This document shows positions 37,149 through 50,529 of a stretch of 64,000 nucleotides of DNA, in pieces. The translations under genes and the position numbers were made by a program. The stretch's first letter is position 1. Each line of letters starts with the position of its first letter. The DNA is from Rhynchobatus australiae (taxonomy: Eukaryota): the NCBI GenBank assembly GCA_034780895.1, contig JAUZTB010000017.1, positions 23,508,972 through 23,572,971 on the forward strand, read 5' to 3'. The notes below the pieces were generated by a model, which was not told the DNA's origin, did not search any database, and saw only the letters and a program-made list of their open reading frames with translations.

Positions 37149-39315
37149 GCATCAACAAAACTAGATGAAAGAATTGCTTTTTTATGAGAGTTTAGAGCTT
37201 TGAATTTTAGTTCTGATGAATTAATAACATTTTTCTGCAGTCACACCAATTCAGCTGCTGAATATTGATAGAACTTCGTATAAAACATGGCTTGCATTTA
37301 GCACTTCCATTGAAAAGTCATGTTACTATATTAAAACCACTGGTGAATTTCCAAATAATTTTCCAGTGATAACAACACACTGGTGCTGTGAAAACCACAA
37401 CAGCATGGCATGATTAATCATATCTGTAACTATCCCTGTAAGAGAGAATGGCAATGACCAGCTAGATGCAAAAATTGTTCATTCAGTTTTCATGTTACAT
37501 CAAGGTCACAACCAACCACGTTGGCAAAATGTGACATTTCTATTGATCTTGACATTGAGTGGTTCTTGCAAGAACGAAGTTACATCTTCACAGAGAAATA
37601 GTCATGCCTGAAATAGACCCAGCACAGATCCTACAGCTCAAAACCATGCTGCATAAGGTACTGTGAGCCATTTGTGGCAGTAGCAGCAGCAACTACTTAT
37701 CATGCTTTCATACTTTATCTCTGGGCCACATATCATCTACCATTAACAAGGTGCAGAACAGCAGTATTATGGGAACAGCATTACCTCAATGTTTGTCCCC
37801 TATTTCATGGACATAAGTCATAACTCCTTCACCCAAAATGGATACAAATCTCTGAAATCCTTTTATAACAGAATCACTGTGAACTGCTTTTAAAGAAGCC
37901 CATCTATCATCACTGTCTCTGTCAACTAGAAATTTATTAAAAAAAGGCAATAAATATGGTCTTGCAAGACTGTTTAAATTGCAATCAATATTGCACACCT
38001 TGGAGGGTTTTAGTTTGTATGAATGTATATAACTTACCGAATAACATATACAACATATATATAAAATGTGGAAATTAATAGTTGTTCTCCTCCNNNNNNN
38101 NNNNNNNNNNNNNNNNNNNNNNNNNNNNNNNNNNNNNNNNNNNNNNNNNNNNNNNNNNNNNNNNNNNNNNNNNNNNNNNNNNNNNNNNNNNNNNNNNNNN
38201 NNNNNNNNNNNNNNNNNNNNNNNNNNNNNNNNNNNNNNNNNNNNNNNNNNNNNNNNNNNNNNNNNNNNNNNNNNNNNNNNNNNNNNNNNNNNNNNNNNNN
38301 NNNNNNNNNNNNNNNNNNNNNNNNNNNNNNNNNNNNNNNNNNNNNNNNNNNNNNNNNNNNNTATCCTTGCACTTGCTGAGCCCACTCTGGGCTATGTTGC
38401 TGCATGGAAAGTACAAAGAGTCAGTTTTAGTACTTACTTTTTGGGTTCATAATACTGCAAAAGACCTGCTGTGTTGGCAGCTCTATCTTTCAACATCACT
38501 GACAGCTGGAGGCTGGTGAATAGATCCTTGTACATATGCATTTACATGGTTAGGGACCAATGTAAGTGAAAAACAAATTTTTGCAACAGCCAGCTGCAGC
38601 ACCATTTTTAAAAATAGAACTGAAGTTAAACCCTCAATGACAGCACTACTACATGTCAGTGTTGCCATTGCAAACAATACACTAGTGTAAAGCAGACCAA
38701 GGAAAGGTCATTAGAGTTTCCATGCTTGACTATAGTCAGTGATATTTGCAACGTCATAATATTTTTCAGGAGAATTTATGTGGCTATGCTGGATAAAAAT
38801 GTTTGTAGCCACTATAAAGGCTGTTATCGTCTTCTTAAGCAGTTGCTTGTGATCAAGAAGGATAACTTGCTTCCAGTCTGGCTTTGTGGGTTGTGAGTGA
38901 GCTCATGAGGCCAATGTGGGAACTGCAGATTCTTCCACAAATGGGGCAGAAAGCATCTGATGGAACAATAGGTGGGTAGCTTTTAAGGTGGTGTGCTGCT
39001 TCTTTGGGGCTTCAATGCGCTCCCAATGTGTGGACTCCAGTTCTCAATGTCATTCCAAATGCTCCTTTTCCACTTGAGTTATCATGGGCCAGAGGTTCCC
39101 AGGAGTCAGCGGGGATGTTGTTTTTCTCAAAGACATTGAGCTTACCTTTGAATTATTTCCTTTGTCTGTCTTGTACTCTCTTGCCCCAAGAAAGCTTGGA
39201 ATAGATTTTTTTATTTTGAGAGTCTAGTGCTTGGCATGAAACAATGTTGGCTGCCCAATTTAGCTTACTGTCAATACTGGGGATGTTCATCTGGGAAACA
39301 ACACTAATGTGGTTT

Positions 39316-39727
39316 CACAAGAGATTCCACAGATGCTGGAATCTGGAGCAACACACACAACATGCTGGAGGAACTCAGCAGGTCAGGCAGCATCTATGGT
39401 GGGAAATAAACAGTCGATGTTTCGGGTTGAGACCCTCATCAGAACTGGGAAGGAAGGGGGCAGAGGCCAGAATAAGAAGGTCAGGGAAGGGGGAGGAGCA
39501 CAAGCCGGAAGGTGATAGGTGAATACAGGTGAGAGGGGGAAGGCAGGTGGGTGGGGGAGGGGAGAAGATGTAAGAAGCTGAGAGGTGATAGGTAGAAGAG
39601 GCAAAGGGCTGAAGAAGAAGGAATCCGGTAAGAGAGGGCAGTGGACCATGGAATGAAGGGAAGGAGGTGGGGAATAGATGGGCAGGTCGTGAGGGTGGGG
39701 GAAGGGGAAAGAGAAGGGGTGAGGGGG
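39316..39727 (-). mobile_element. PLE 3' UTR/terminal repeat with 12-13 bp TSD
   Basis: TSD CTAATGT(T)GGTTT at 39304-39315 and 39728-39740. Confidence 0.85.
39411..39447 (-). ncRNA. Minimal type-I hammerhead ribozyme motif
   Basis: Reverse complement CAGTT CTGATGA GGGTCTCAACCC GAAA CA TC GACTG. Confidence 0.7.
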
Positions 39728-40534
39728 CTAATGTTGGTTTGCTTATCTTCCAGTGTATTAGAATCAATGTGGAAGATGACTTAATGTGAAGAAAATTCAC
39801 TTGTTTTTCTGAAATGAATCATGAGAAATTCTTCAAGATTCCCAAAAGAAAACCACATTAACAACACTTCCGACACAAGCATGAATGTTCAACTGGGATG
39901 GCATATGACGACCATTCCAACAAAAAGAAATTGCCAGCAATATTTAAATAACTCTGCCTATCATATCTCTTCAATTTTTTCCTAACTTCCCTCAAGCATG
40001 CCACAGGAAATGCCAGCAGTTAGGATTGTCTGCATGTTCCTACTAACTGTGTACTGCTTGTCAAATTCTCCGGGGCATTATATAAACATATGCAGTATTA
40101 TCAATGCAACACAGCATGCATACAACATGTAACAAGCAGTAGGGATTTTCAAGCTGTGAATGCAGACACATCTGAGCAATGTTGAAGTATTAATTCCATT
40201 TTTTGCCAAGCTGATTGTACCCAATTCTCGGCATTGACTTTAAATCCAAACTCCCTCAAAGATCAGAGGATGCTCATAACCAGATTTAATCCCCTAAACA
40301 AACTGAAAATAATTGTTTTAAGAAATGCAGTTCCAATTCTGATCCTTCATTAGAACAACTTGTATTCCAATTATAGACCACATTTGAGGTAATTTTGCCC
40401 AAATATTTTGTAGGGAGTCCATTAATTTTTGCCCCAGAGAACTCGAAGCAGTTCTGGTACAGATGCACATGGAAGTGGAAGAACATTTGCAAAGGATAGT
40501 ATTGTGTTTAGCAGTAAAACTGGGATAGTGACAG

Positions 40535-40875
40535 GAAACTGAAAGAAAGACATGCATTTAAAAAGTGCCTTTCATATCCCAAAGCATTAATATCAGTGAA
40601 GTACTTTTGAAATGTAGTTACAACTGTAATGTGGGAGGACATAGCATCAGTTTGTGGTCTTATATACAATAATGCAACATTGCATTCTGCAGTTTTAAAT
40701 ATTGCTTGGGGATTAAATGTTGGCAAGAAAACCAAAGAGAGTTGCTCTGCCCTTTGAAACGGTGTCATGAGATCTTCCGTATCTATCAAGCTAACAAGGT
40801 AATTATAACAGTGCAGCACTCTCTCAGTATTGCAACAGAGCATTGGCATAGATTTTGTGCTCAAGTCCCTGGGAT
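40535..40875 (-). mobile_element. DeuSINE (SacSINE1-like) remnant
   Basis: Reverse complement GACTTGAGCACAAAATCTA..CAATACTGAGAGAGTGCTGCACTGT..AAGATCTCATGACAC..GCCAACATTTAATCCC resembles the Deu domain. Confidence 0.7.
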
Positions 40876-40911
40876 AACAAAGCTCCCATTGGTAGATACC
40901 ACTGAAGTAAA

Positions 40912-41238
40912 TAGAGTCATAGAATCATACAACATGAAAATAGGCCCTTTGGACCAATTGATCCATGCTGACCAAGATTCCCATCTAAGCTAGTCCCATT
41001 TGCCCATGTTTGGCCCATATCCCTTTCATATCCACTTACTTATCTGAGTTTCTTCTAAGTGTTGTTAATGTACCTGCCTCAACCACTTCTTTGTTCCATA
41101 TACTGACCACCCTCTGGGCTCCTATTAAGTCTCTCCCCTATCACCCTAAACCTACTGTATGTCCTCTAGTTCTTGATTCCCCAACCCTGGGAAAAAAGAC
41201 TCTGCGCATTCACCCTATCTATGTCTCTCCTGATTTCA
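40912..41238 (-). mobile_element. CR1/HER1 3' fragment
   Basis: TAGAGTCATAGAATCATACAACATG..GGCCCTTTGGACCAA..TAGTCCCATTTGCCCATGTTTGGCCCATATCCC. Confidence 0.8.
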
Positions 41239-41482
41239 GTTAAGGTAGGGAGCACTGTAAAATGGCATTTGGAATGCACCTACCAGTCACTACAGAATGG
41301 TTTATATCTCAAGTAGATTAAATAACAAATTTGTAATTCTCTCTGAGACTCTGAAGGCATATGAATCCCACCCCTACCAGAGGTAGCATGTAGGCAGTGT
41401 TTGTGAAAGTCACTATGGCCATTAATGTCTATGCTGTTTGGTTTGAAGAACATTTGAAGTATTAGTTAATGAGTTGTCTCCT

Positions 41483-42020
41483 GGCCTGGCCTCCTCTACA
41501 TTGGAGAATCCAAGCATAAACTAGGTGACTGTTTTGTAGAGCACCGGTGCTCTGCCTGCAACAGCCATCTTGAGCTTCTGGTTGCATGTTATTTTAACTT
41601 CCCTTCCCACTCTCACACTGATCTGTCTGTCCGCGACCTTCTCCATTGCTGGGATAAGGTCAAATGCAAATTGAATGAACAACATCTAATATTCTGCTTG
41701 GTAGCTTACAACCCAATGGCATGAACATTGGATTCTCCAATTTTAGGTAACCCACACACCTGGTGTTCACCACCCACATACACTCGCTTGTCCACCTAGG
41801 TGCCTTTTACCTTTGTTCACCTTTTATAACTCCTTCCCCCCCCTGCCCACCCCACCTCATCTGATTCATCTTTCCTCCTTCCTCTCAGTTCTGATGAGGG
41901 GGCCTCAACCAGAAAATTCAACGTACATCGTTTCCTCCACAGATGCTGCTTGACCTGCTGAGATTTTCCAGCATACTGTGTTTTTCCTTCCGGATTCCAG
42001 CATTCCAGTCTCTTTCATCT
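41483..42020 (+). mobile_element. PLE GIY-YIG remnant plus terminal repeat
   Basis: GLLYIGESKHKLGDCFVEH..FNFPSHSHTDLSV..LNEQHLIFCL..LQPNGMNIGFSNFR*; CAGTTCTGATGAGGGGGCCTCAACCAGAAA near 41886. Confidence 0.85.
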
Positions 42021-42509
42021 CTTGAACCATTGTCTACTTGAGCTGCCCAGTTCATAGTAATTCCAATGGATCCAATGCACCATAGTTGAGAAGACTGTGA
42101 ACTGAATTTTCTCAGGTGCAATTGGTGACACAAGGCTTTCTTGGAGTATTTTCACAACTAGGTAGGTTATCGACCTAAATGTACAAATGGTATGAGACCA
42201 TCACAATCTTATAATGGCTACTAATTTTTCAAATCAAGGAAATTAACTTGTTTTATTTCAAGAGGATCTATGACACCGTGAGAATTCACAGCTGAAGAAC
42301 AGGAGCCTGTGTGATTACCTTCTATAGCCATGCTGATGACTTTGGTTAGTGCAATATCTCCAGGCTCTATCATGTTGCTGCTTACATGGGTGATTATAGA
42401 GGGAAAGCTATCAATGGAACTTCCCTTATTAAGAGTAGTAAACTCTCAACAATAACAGCAAAGGCTGGTCCAACAACATATGAAAGTTATACCATATGGA
42501 GCTCTCTGT

Positions 42510-43440
42510 CCAATATAAGTGGCAAGATGATGGTTTTTGACTTAGTAGTTAAATCCATGTTGAATGTCATCTGCTGTGGCCCTGGAACCTGACTCTGGTA
42601 TGGCAGTTCCTGCTGCACTTGCTGCAAATGAACTCAGTGAGCCGAGAAGGTGACAACTTTGCTAATTGCTGTTTCCTCTGGGGTCTCTTAGCCAAGTGAG
42701 CTTTCTGTTTCTTTCCACCTCTTCCAGTGCCTTTCTGAATGGTTAACTATCTCCTAGTTATCTGTATCAATGGCTGCTATCTTTGTATCTCTCATGTACA
42801 GTTCCTTGGAATGGATGACCAGTAGGTCCTGATCCAATGGGCAGTTCATTTGTCCTTGGAAATATGACATCATTCATCTAATGAGCATTGCGAATTCAGT
42901 GCAAAAGTTATTGGCTTAGTAATGAATATATATTAATAGAGTCCAGGACCTCTCAGTTGTACTCTAGTGCTAGATTATAGATAAAAGTAAACTTACGTTT
43001 TGCAGGGATGCATGCTCATTATGGGTTGCTGGATATATTATTTCAATGACTTTGATAATGTTTATTTTGCATATTTGGTAGTTATTGTAGTTTATTTCTT
43101 TCAGCTAATTTTCATGTTAATGATTTTTAGCACCCTGTGTGCAGAACCTCATCCCACCAACAGATACCTGAATCTGATTAAAACAGTAAAGGTGGAAGCT
43201 GCTAACCCTTTTCATGCCTTTTCATATGTTGTCCAGGCCTCAGCATCATGATAGATTGCTGGTGATTGTGAAGCTGAGATATGTGAAGCTGTTAACAACC
43301 TCCAGTAACACATCGCAAGGCATCCTCGGCCATGGCGTTCATCTCTTTAATGCTGATGGTCAACTCAGATTTTTTACATATGTAACAAAGTCTGTCCATC
43401 ACACAATATGCTGTACATTGCAGTTGGGATCCAGGGTAGT
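42510..43440 (-). mobile_element. RTE-clade LINE fragments (42510-42900 and 43180-43440)
   Basis: Minus strand ELTISIKEMNAMAED..LEVVNSFTYLSFTITSNLS and ELPIGSGPTGHP..RDTKIAAIDTDN*E. Confidence 0.65.
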
Positions 43441-44029
43441 CCTTCAGAAATAATAAAGCATTTGGTGTTATCAGGAGTTTAACTAAGTCAGTCGTTGGTA
43501 TTCAGTAAACATGCTTCAGAAACATTGATATCACTTGGGGAGCCTCCAGTACAGTTGGCAGTGGTATCTTAAATTAGTGCTGTGTGCTGTATGCTACATA
43601 ATTTTTCAACTTGTGAAAGACTCGTTTATCATTGCAGTGCAGATTACACAGGGCAGTTACACAGGCCAATGTGGTAAACAGATAGCTGAAGCCCTGCTCC
43701 AGAATAAGGTTACAGAGGTGAGTCCTTTGCCCACACTGCACAAAAACTGCAATCCACAAACACTAAATCATTAATCAGTCATTTAGTTGACAACTGCTGT
43801 GGGCCTTTGTTTTGCCAACATTCTGTAACTCATTAGTTAAGGGATTCCTCCCAATCCATATATGTATAACAGTGCACACAATTCCAAAATCAACAGCATA
43901 ATTAAATATAAGGTGAGGGTTTCATAACTTTCATCACAGACTGTAGATGAAGGTCCATTTATATTTTATGGAGAATAATTCCAAATTTGGTTTGTTGGAT
44001 GATTTTTGAAATATACTGTTTCAGTTACA

Positions 44030-44462
44030 TGGAATCATAGAATGGTTAGAGCAAAGGAGATTGTTCAGCGCATTATATCTATGCTGGGTCCCCACTGGAA
44101 TAAGTCTCTAGTTACACCCACCACCTTTTNNNNNNNNNNNNNNNNNNNNNNNNNNNNNNNNNNNNNNNNNNNNNNNNNNNNNNNNNNNNNNNNNNNNNNN
44201 NNNNNNNNNNNNNNNNNNNNNNNNNNNNNACCACCTTTTCCCCATAGCCTTGCAAATTTTTCTCCACCACTTTGTATCCACTCCCTCTTGGCGGCTACAA
44301 TGGAACTGTACTCCACTACATCTGCAGGGAGTGCATTCAGATTCCAACCGCACACTGCATAAAAGATTTTTTCTCAAGTTGTTCTTAACTCTCTTCCACT
44401 TTATATGTGTAACCACTAGTCCTTAACTCTTCCACCAAAGGGAACAGCCTCACACTATTCAT
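44030..44462 (-). mobile_element. CR1 3' fragment
   Basis: WNLNALPADVVEYSSIVAAKRE on minus strand. Confidence 0.65.
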
Positions 44463-44803
44463 TCAGATAGTTGTTTTTGGCTTGGTTGGTAGTTATTATA
44501 GTTTATTTCTTTTATTTAATAAATATAAAGATTTCATAGATTTTGTAAGGACTGGTAATTATAAATAATTTGCAAATAAGCATGTGATTATTAGATCAGC
44601 AACTAGAAGTCAGAAAACTCATTTCACAATGCAAACTCATCCTGCCTCTGTTTTTTCCCCATTTGTCAACTAAAGGAAGGCTTAGTGGTCTAACTCAAAC
44701 CTTAACACATGTGAGTCACTTGATTTATGGACTTCCTGTCCATTCTAAATAAGAAGCAACAATATGTTTATGCTTCCTAAAAGCAAACTTGTGATTCTAT
44801 TAA

Positions 44804-45910
44804 GTCAGGCAGGGTTGTCTTCTCTCCCCTGTCTTGTTTGTGTTCTGCATAGAGCCCTTTGCTGAATCCATCAAGAAGGACGACAGCATAAGAGGGGAGA
44901 CGTTGCCAGGCAGCGGAGGCCCACAAGTCAAAACCTCCCTGTACAAGGACGATGTCACCGTCTTCTGCTTGGATCCACAGTCAGTTTGCAGGTTGATCAG
45001 CGTCAACCACAGGAAGAGCAAGGCCATGCTCTTTGGTAATTGCCCTGACCATTCCAACATCCCCTTCACCGTTAGGTCTGACTACATGAAGGTGCTGGGG
45101 ATCTGGTTTGGAGGGGCTGAGACACGTAACAAGAATTGGCTGGAGTGGATTGAAAAGGTCAAAAAAAGATTGGGTCTGTGGAAGTATTGTTCTCTGTCTT
45201 GGAAGAACTTGGTCATCAGGTGCGATATGTTCTCAGGGCTGCTGTACTTGGCACAGGTGTGGCCTGTTGCTCACTCCTCTGCCTCAGTAATCACTCAGGA
45301 TGTCTTCCAGTTTATCTGGGGGTCCAAGATGGAGGGAGTCTGACAGTTCACGATGCACAAGTCCCCTGAGAATGGGGGCAGAAGTGTACCAAACATTGCC
45401 CTCATCCTGATGACCATCTTCCTGTGTGGCTGCACCAGGTGGTGTGTAGACCCAAAGTATGTGGGCACCAAGTGTCACAGACTATGTGCTGAGGTTCTAC
45501 CTGTCCCTGCTGTTGTGGAAAATGGGCCTGGCCCATCTACCGCACAATGTCCCAGTCAGCTGGACATTGCCACACTACCTGTCCTTTGTGGAAGAGTTCT
45601 TCCAAGTAAGCACCTTTGACCACGAGTCCATCAGGCAGTGGTGGGGAAGAAATGGTCACCCACTCCTTTGCAGACTGTGGATTTGCTAAGAGGGTGTGGA
45701 GATGAATGCAAGGGTCCGTGTCCCGGTTCATCCCCAGCAGCTGCATAACAGATAACTCTCTGATCTATGGGCTGTTCCCAGGGATGCACACTGAGACAGA
45801 CATCAAGTACTGTTGGAAGGTCATCAACTTAGTGAAGGACGCCCTTTGGTCTGCCCGAAACTTGTTGGTCTTCCAGCACAGCAACATGTCCATGAGGGAA
45901 TGCCAATCTG
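44804..45910 (+). mobile_element. L1/Tx1-clade retrotransposon RT pseudogene fragment (5'-truncated, internal deletions, frameshifts)
   Basis: VRQGCLLSPVLFVFCIEPFAESI..SLYKDDVTVF..KVLGIWFG..FQFIWGSKME..CWKVINLVKDALWSARNLLVFQ. Confidence 0.9.
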
Positions 45911-48485
45911 GTGTGTGATTTTGAGGGAAATGTACAGATGGTGATGTTCCAGTGTGCCAGCTTCATGGTAGAGGTCACAGATTTGAGAGGCACTGTAGAG
46001 GTAACGTTTGCAGGTAACTGTGTGGTTTCAGTGAACGATTAGAATGTGGGGTGGAGCACCAGTCTTGAGGGCAGCTTTAACCTGAATGTTGTGAAGCTTC
46101 TTAAGTGGTATTGGAGCTGAACTCATTCAGATAAGTGAAAAGAATTTCATCATGCTCCTCACTTGCACCTTACAGATGGTGGAAAGGTATATGGGAAACT
46201 GGAGGTGAGATGTTTGCCGCACAATACCCAGACTCTGACATTGTCTTGTAGCAGCCAGAATTTATGCAGCTGATACAGTTAAGTTTTTGTTCAATGGAAG
46301 CACAAGAAATTTATGGTAAGGCAGCCAGTGATGATGATGGACCAGCTTTCTTAATTCACTGCTCGCTGGCTTGGTTCCTTCCAGCTATGTGCTCAAAAAA
46401 CATAATTTATTTACTTTGAGTGTATCAGAAATATACTTTTTATGTTGACACCATTTTTAAGAAAATTGCTTTAAATGAGCACCCATGTCTTCAAGTTTTT
46501 CAAGTTAACAGTCACTCATTAAAGTATACTTGTGTCTGTCAACAAGCTACCTGCCAAGCTACCTAACAAGCTAGGTAGCAGGGGAATAGTATCGGGTATA
46601 ACTTTGTTTTACTGAAATGCTTTTACATGCTAAAGCATAAATCCTTTCTCCAGTAATCTCCTGAACTCAGACTCTGCCAATTTTGCAGATAAACCTGATG
46701 ACTAATGGTGAAGTAATCTGCAATCTGTATCCAAGAGATTTGGTAATTAATGTTTGTCATGAAGTGAGAATATTACCAAGTGACAAACTAAATCAATTCC
46801 AGTGCCTCAAGATTACATTTGTGACCTAAAAGGTCAATACTTTAGATTATAACGCACAGAGATCTAATTGATATTTGATTTACTGGGGTAAAGGTATTTT
46901 CAATGGTTTAAGGCACCAACAAGCATCTGTCTCTAACCTAATGCCATTAACCAAAAGATAATAAGCTTCAATAACAGAGGATTATATCTTCAATAAATTA
47001 TATTTGAGCAAGCAAAAAGAAGTCATGCTATGCAATCTAAAATCAACCAGATCAGATGAAGAGTGGAACAGAAAATATAGAAATAGGAAATGCATTTTCA
47101 AATCTTACCAGGATTCAGAATATCTCAAACTCTCTGCAAAGTGTAAGTTTTCTGCATATGGTGGAGGTTATCTACCTATCGTATAAAAAATTCAGTATTA
47201 GAAAGTGACAGGTTCTTGTCCTTCCCATTGTTCAATGTGCCAATAAATCTCAGTGCTGATTGGACAAGCAGGAAGGGAACTTATTCCAGTGGCAGGAATA
47301 GGTTGGGCCTCACCATACTGCTCTGGGTCAGTATTTTATTCAGGACAGAATGTTTTGCCTAGTGTTATCACATGTGTCCTCTGTTTTTCATCAGTATTTG
47401 GTATTTCATCCTCTATCTGACGTCTGAGATTGTTATATTTATGGCGGTGGAGGGGTTGGGTCAGGTTGGGTATTGAAAAAGTAGTGATTACTTGGACTCA
47501 TGGCTGTGGTCAGTTCGGGTTTGGCTGGGCTTTCAATAAAGTCATGGATGGATACTTCTGCATTCTGTAGATTGGTGAGGANNNNNNNNNNNNNNNNNNN
47601 NNNNNNNNNNNNNNNNNNNNNNNNNNNNNNNNNNNNNNNNNNNNNNNNNNNNNNNNNNNNNNNNNNNNNNNNNNNNNNNNNGAGGAAGTGGTCTAAAAGT
47701 TTTATTTCTCATTACCTCATCCTCCATCTGCTACACTAACAAGCGAACAGCTACATCCTTCAGAATTCAGCCAGCTCGGTTTGGGTTGGTGCTATTGAAC
47801 TGGTGCACATTGAAGTCCCTCCGCCAATGTATATTCTGTGCCCTTGCTGTATTTAAGTGTTGTTTAACAGAGAAGTATCAAATTCATCAGCCGAGGAAGG
47901 ATGATAGGTGGTAATCTGTAGGTTTCCTTGCCAATGTTTGACCTGATTCCATAAAGCTTGAGGTTGAGAGTCAGTTCCTGGTGTGTCTATTCTGCTGTTG
48001 TGAACAACAAACAAAATCTGGAGCAAATCAGCAGCTTAAGCAGCATCCGTGGAGGGAAACAGTCAATATTTCGGTTCGAGACCCTTCATCTGGACTGAAA
48101 GATCTGGAAGATAGCCAGTATAAAGAGGTGAGGGGCAAGGGTGGAGCAAGAGCTGACAAGAAATAGGTGGATCTCTCACTGCTGTTGAGGTATTGGCTGA
48201 AGGATACGATTTTGTGAGTATCCCTGTGTCAGCCTATTGCTTGACCAGAGTGTGAGACTTCTCTCCTAATTTACATCAATCCCCAGAATTTTGTGAAGAA
48301 GAATTTACAAAGTTGAACTAGGCTGCAAGCATCATTGCCATGTCTAATGCCTAGATCAATGCCAAGAGGTATCTGATTTAATTTTTACAATGTTTCAACA
48401 TAACAGTTTCTGATACAACTGAATGGTTTGCTGGGCTTTTATAGAGGACACTTAAGAGTCAAACAAATTTTGCCTGGAGTCATAT
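45911..48485 (-). mobile_element. Scattered fragments of an old CR1-group LINE (45911-46340, 47205-48485) with a PLE terminal repeat at about 48005-48175
   Basis: Reverse strand YKVQVRSMMKFFSL..SSAPIPLKKLHNIQ; shared end block ACAACTGAATGGTTTGCTG..AAGAGT also at about 60290. Confidence 0.6.
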
Positions 48486-49508
48486 ACGATGTATTAGTGA
48501 ACCAAATAAGATTTTAATAATAGTTCACTGGTTTTTTGCACCATTATTGCTAACAGTTATTTATTCCAAATTTATTCAATTAAATGAATTTAAATACCGG
48601 AGCCAACTTGGTGGGACCGGCACTCATTATTCCTGGCCCCTGGATATCGGTCCTTCAACAATTATTGTACCACCATTCCTATTTTGTAATCAAAATCCAA
48701 TTTGAGAAACTAAAATTAAATGGCTGCAAAAGTTAAAATATTTTTTTATAATTTTTTAGAAATTGTTTTAAAGACTAAATGCTGATGATTTCCTTTATTC
48801 AGTCTGGTGGGACGAATACTGTGTTCCCTTGTTACGTAGCAGCTGAATTTAAGAAACTGCATCCTTTCTTTCAAAGGAATTCATATGTTTGCATGTATTC
48901 TAAATTTGTGTCTAGAAATTAGATCACATGGTAGATGTTTTATTTTTCTTGCTCAATTCGCATAAATAAAGAGAACCTGGAGATACCCAGTTAACCCTAT
49001 CAATCATTTCCTGGTGAAGTAGTGTCCATTACAAAACTGAACCAGGCATTTCCATGAACTATTAACATGATGCATATGATGTTCTGTTTTCAGGTATCAC
49101 TGTCAATGTATTTCTTAATTTACCCCTTAGTGGTGTAAATTGGAGATTTTGAGTGTAATCTGCTCCTGATACAGAACAGTCTCAGTACAACAAACAGTAC
49201 ATTCTACTACTTTGTTCTTTTATTCTTATTTAAGGGGACACTTCACCAACATCAGGCTTGACTAAGCAGCTTCAGATCCGAGAGAAAGCTGTTCAAACAC
49301 TGCCCATAGTCCCCACGGTGCCCTGCAGTTAACAGTGAGAGTTTCTCCAGCATTTGATTGCTGAAATACTCATGAATAGGAGATGTTTCCTCCGGCAGCA
49401 ATCATTACTGGAGGTGCCACCATGGCAATTCCTGGCCTCACAAAGTATCAGGGACCTTGAAGCAGCAGGCAATGACATGCCCATCTGTGAATTGCCTACT
49501 CCCCGGTT

Positions 49509-49800
49509 GTGGGAAGGCCATGCTTTTATGCCTGGACTGCTCTCTCTGTGGAGGTTAAGATCACGTTGAATCTCAACTTCCTCGCCAGAGGAGCTTTACG
49601 AGTACGTGTTACAGATATCTGCCACATCCCCCATTTACTGCTCAATGCACCATCAGAGTTACCCAGCCATTACATTCATAAAGAGCTGATTTCATCTCCT
49701 TCAATTTTAATGAAGAGGTGTTGACATTGTGTGCACTGGGACTTACCAATATTGCTGGTGTCCCATGAGGTCAGGCTGCCTTTGACTGCATTCATGTGCC
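49509..49800 (+). mobile_element. Fossil PIF/Harbinger (HARBI1-like) DDE transposase fragment
   Basis: TALSVEVKITLNLNFLARGALRVRVTDICHI then ALGLTNIAGVP*GQAAFDCIHV resemble ALxVxVKVTxALNFxASGSFQ..GDICxI and IAGFPxVxGAIDCTHV. Confidence 0.7.
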
Positions 49801-50529
49801 CAGAAGTGTTCCCATTTATGACATAGGATTTTTCCTCAGATGGAAGGGTTTCTGCTTCCTAAATGTGCAGGTGGTTATGGATCATCAGAAGATTTTCCTG
49901 ATGATGGATGCATATATCTAGGAAGCACGCATGATGTATTTATTCCCAGGGAGAATGAGCTCCCACACATTTCCCATGGTCAACACTTTCTGNNNNNNNN
50001 NNNNNNNNNNNNNNNNNNNNNNNNNNNNNNNNNNNNNNNNNNNNNNNNNNNNNNNNNNNNNNNNNNNNNNNNNNNNNNNNNNNNNNNNNNNNGGAGGGAT
50101 AGATTCTCGGGGAGAGGGACTACCCTGGCTCCTGAAGCCAACTTGCGGTCATTGTACCAGGATCATTGGGGTAAATGTTGTTAGTCACTTGAAAATGAAA
50201 TCTCAGTCTCTGAGACAATCTACTTCTGCTCTTTCTTATGTCTTTTCATAGGGCAGAGCAAAGTGCATCGCAATGAGACAAGGTCAATCATTTTCTCACA
50301 TTGAAAACAACACTGACAATTGCCATCCCTAATAGCCTGAAAAGTGCTGGCTTCCTAGAACTATTGTGATCTTTTTCTGTGGTGCTTGTATAATGTGTTC
50401 AATGAGTAATTCAAGGACTTCCTCTAGCGATATAGTGAAGGATAAAATTGGAAGTAAGTGTCTTCCTCAAGGTTGTGAGGAGCTGAGTTACTTTGAATCC
50501 AAAGAGATGCGGCAAGCAAGTTATTGGTG

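Larger units (their letters stand above)
38828..39800 (-). mobile_element. RTE-clade LINE 3' fragment, interrupted by a PLE at 39316-39727
   Basis: Minus strand NIPADSWEPLAHD..CPICGRICSSHIGL..TTHK; ILIHWK..TNIS continues after the insert. Confidence 0.7.

Noticed and set aside
46543-46580. CAAGCTACCT tandem copies with an inverted AGGTAGC
   Set aside because: Tiny local duplication; no evidence of function
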